Assembly (NCBI GenBank): GCA_030390025.1
Contig: CM059425.1
Location: forward strand, 173,478,001 to 173,542,000
Source: Squalus acanthias
Lineage: Eukaryota
Length of the DNA stretch: 64,000 bases
Direction: 5' to 3'
Below are positions 61,158-64,000 of this stretch, piece after piece (the stretch's first letter is position 1; the number at the start of each line of letters is the position of its first letter). The notes beneath the pieces were generated by a model. The model had not been told where the DNA came from. It searched no databases and saw only the letters and a list, made by a program, of their open reading frames with translations. Position numbers and translations under genes: made by a program.

Positions 61158-62361
61158 AAAGTGTGGAATGTGTGTGTGTGTTTGATGAAAGGGCCATAGG
61201 TGTTGCATGAGTGTTGTGCATTGGGGTTTTAAGACCCTCTGGCCATAGAGTGAGGTTGAGATGGAGGGATGGAGAGGTATTGAGAAAAAGCCACTCACCC
61301 TGACGACCCGAGTGAGGTCGTTGAACTTTTTGCGGCACTGGACATGGGTCCTGGGCACCATGCTCCTGGAGGAGACGCTCTGAGCCACCTCCCTCCACAC
61401 TCTTCTGAACTCGCGTGGCAAAGGCCTCCTGCCACTCTCTGGGAACAGCATGCATCGTCTGCGCTTCACTGCGTCAACCAGAGCATCCAAGGCCCGCTCG
61501 GTGAAGCGATGAGCGCGTTCTCTCACCCTCTCCATGCTTGGCAGCAAAATGGATTACAGGTCTCTCCAGGCTGAGATTCAAGGCTGCAATGAGCAGGGTG
61601 TGGCTGGGGAGCAAGTGGCCCCCCCCGCTTTAAGAAGTGTCCGGCGCCAGTGTGTCTGTGTTCCCTCGCTAACTGGCAGCAGCTGCGCTGCGCTCGTGCG
61701 CTGAGTTAGCGCCTCACTCCTAGGCCTTTGCGCCTTAAGAGAGGTGTGCAGCGCCTAATTTAGCGCTCCACTCACCTCCCGGGGCGGTAAAAGTGAAGTT
61801 TCCTGTCAGTGCCGATAATTAGCGCCAGGCGCTAATATTTGCGCGCGGACGATATTTGCGCCCCAAATGGGGCGCGACCTAATTTCTACCCCTTTGTGTC
61901 TAGGAAGCCATTTTGTGTCCGAGACAAAAATGCACTTCCACATAACATAAAGGGGAACTTAAAAGTTTTTTAATAAACATTTAAATAATAAAAGGGTAGT
62001 CAAAGGAAGGGTGGGACCAAAAAGGAAATATTCTTGTGGAGGCAGAGGGCATGGCTGAGTTACTAAATGTGTACTTTGCATCTGATTTCACTAAAAAAGA
62101 GGGTGTTGCCAATGTCACACTAAAGGAGGAGGTGGTAGACAAACTGGACAGGATGTATCCTAGGTTGCTGAGGGAAATAAGGATGGAAATTACGGAGGCT
62201 CTGGCCAAAATCTTCAAATCCTCCTTAGATATGGGAGTGGTGCCAGAGGACTGGAGGATTGCAAATGTTGTAATCTTGTTCAAAAAAGAGGAGAAGGATA
62301 AACCCAGCAATTGTAGTCTAATCAGCCTAATGTCAGTAGTGGGGAAACTTTTAGAGACATT

Positions 62362-63103
62362 GGGCCAAAAATTCATCCCGCGACGCGAGAGTACGCACTG
62401 CGTACTCTCGCGTATTCTCTCTCCAATTGTCGGTTTTCTGCATGCCCTGCGCATGCGCTGAAAACCGGCACTTGGTCTTTTGAAAAGGGGGCGGTTCCTC
62501 GGTGCATCGCGTGCGCGCTACAGGCTGCGCACACGCTGTGCACTTCGTGCTTTGGACGCGCAGGTAAGTACGGAAGATTTTAGAAATGGAAAAAGGAGGA
62601 GTAAGACCCACTTTTAACAAGGTAAGTAGTGAATTAAGTATTTTTTTGAATTTTTTTTAACAGGTATATCTTTTTTAGAGACTTTAAAGACAGGTAAGTT
62701 TATTTTTATAACTTTTTAAAAGATTTAAAATTTTTTCAAAAATTTAATTTTTTATTTAAAATGGTTAATTTATTTAACTATATTTATTTTATTAATGTGA
62801 TGGTTTTTTTTTAATTTAATTGAGGTTTAGCTGTTATTTTGGGGGGGTGTAAGATTCATAGATTTCACAGCACGTATGTGAAACTTATGAATGGAAGATG
62901 GTGTGCTGCCATTGGCTCTAACTGAGTCACGTGATCCCACAGCTCGCACGAATTCACTGCGCCGGTGGGATACGCAAGCACTGCCCAGCTGATGTCTGGA
63001 ACATCAAGTTCGTGCGAGCTGGATCTGAAAAAGCACACGTGGAGTGAGAGATCGCGGGGAAGCCTTACCCCCGCGGGAACAGAGCGAGATCAATTTCTGG
63101 GCC
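62362..63103. mobile_element. Harbinger-type MITE (742 bp), different family, AT-rich core
   Basis: TIRs GGGCCAAAAATT / AATTTCTGGGCC, TSD ATT (62359-62361, 63104-63106). Confidence 0.85.
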
Positions 63104-63212
63104 ATTAATCCAGGACCAAATTAATTGGTTCTTGTAAAAATACAATTCTGGGCACCACACTCTAGGAACGATGTTAAAGTCTTGGAGAGGGTGCAGAGGA
63201 GATTTAGTAGAA

Positions 63213-63777
63213 TTTTTTTTTAATTTGTTTATGAGATGTGGGCGTCGCTGGCAAGGCCAGCCTTTATTGCCCATCCCTAGTTGCCCTTGAGAAGGTGGTG
63301 GTGAGCCGTCTTCTTGAACCGCTGCAGTCCGTGTGGTGAAGGTACTCCCACAGTGCTGTTAGGGAGGGAGTTCCAGGATTTTGACCCAGCGATGATGAAG
63401 GATCAGCGATATATTTTCAAGTCAGGATGGTGTGTGACTTGGAGGGGAACTTGGAGGTGGTGGTGTTCCCATGCACCTGCTGCCCTTGTCCTTCTAGGTG
63501 GAAGAGGTCACGGGTTTTGGAGGTGCTGCCGAAGAAGCCTTGGTGAGTTGCTGTAGTGCATCTTGTAGATGGTACACACTGCAGCCATGGTACGCCGGTG
63601 GTGGAGGGAATGATTGTTTAAGGTGGTGGATGGGGTGCCAATCAAGCGGGCTGCTTTGTCCTGGATGGTGTCAAGCTTCTTCAGTGTTGTTGGAGCTGCA
63701 CTCATCCAGGCAAGTGGAGAGTATTCCATCACACTCCTTACTTGTGGTACCTCATGTGATGGAATATTCTCCACTTG
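63213..63777 (-). mobile_element. LINE-X 3' fragment with inverted duplication at its 5' junction
   Basis: QVRSVMEYSPLAWMSAAPTTLKKLDTIQ..., 3' UTR and A tail; inserted in CR1. Confidence 0.88.
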
Positions 63778-64000
63778 GTGCCAAGATTGAAAGACTTCAG
63801 TTATGTGGAGAGACTCGAGAAACTGGGTTTATTCTCCTTAATGCAGAGAAGTTTAAGGGGAGATTTGATCGAGGTGTTTTAATCTTGAAGGGTTTTGATA
63901 GAGTGAATAAGGAGAAACTGTTTCCAGTGGTAAGAGGGTCAATAACCAGAGGACACAGATTTAAAGTGATTGGCAAAAGAACCAGAGGCGACTTGCGGAA

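Larger units (their letters stand above)
59019..61535 (-). pseudogene. Harbinger Myb/SANT-like gene, join(61535-61299,60582-60420,60260-59019), with a +1 frameshift in the repeat array
   Basis: Same exons and splice sites as 1429-3248; exon 3 is 1242 nt where 3n+2 is required; shift lies in the G/C run near 59865-59875. Confidence 0.8.
57052..61892. mobile_element. Full-length PIF/Harbinger transposon, same family as 1070-5232, opposite orientation
   Basis: TIRs GGGGTAAAAATT / AATTTCTACCCC, TSD TTT (57049-57051, 61893-61895). Confidence 0.97.
48265..61942 (-). mobile_element. Endogenous retrovirus provirus (gamma/epsilon-like), pol-less
   Basis: Two TG...CA LTRs, 4-bp TSD TAAC (48261-48264, 61943-61946), PBS, PPT, gag, pro and env remnants. 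Confidence 0.95.
56554..61942 (-). repeat. ERV 5' LTR, interrupted in U3 by a Harbinger element
   Basis: 56554-57051 and 61896-61942 rejoin to match the 3' LTR (empty site CACTC-TTT-GTGTC at 48746-48758). Confidence 0.95.
48085..64000 (+). mobile_element. Old CR1 ORF2 in pieces (48085-48264, 61947-62361, 63107-63212, ~63778-64000)
   Basis: YENRLAGN | IKGNLKVF continues across the ERV; later pieces give VPEDWRIANV and RGDLIEVF; several deletions. Confidence 0.82.

Overview
Eukaryotic, almost entirely transposon-derived DNA with no recognisable host gene. The CR1/L2/RTE LINE load plus a tRNA-headed V-SINE (HE1-like) points to a cartilaginous fish (inference). The window is a stack of nested insertions, many with readable target-site duplications (TSDs). 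It holds about ten CR1 LINE copies, two L2, one RTE, and four pieces of a second LINE family ('LINE-X'), one of which carries a tRNA-derived head. There are two solo LTRs and one truncated LTR element with a tRNA-Arg PBS. A two-LTR endogenous retrovirus (48265-61942, minus strand, tRNA-Gln PBS, TAAC TSD) has gag-pro, no recognisable pol, and remnants of two apparently different envelope types. A PIF/Harbinger DNA transposon family is present as two full-length two-gene elements (1070-5232, 57052-61892; DDE transposase convergent with a 3-exon Myb/SANT-like gene), several MITEs and older decayed relatives. The copy at 1070-5232 looks fully intact. All coordinates and counts were read by eye; no database searches were run.
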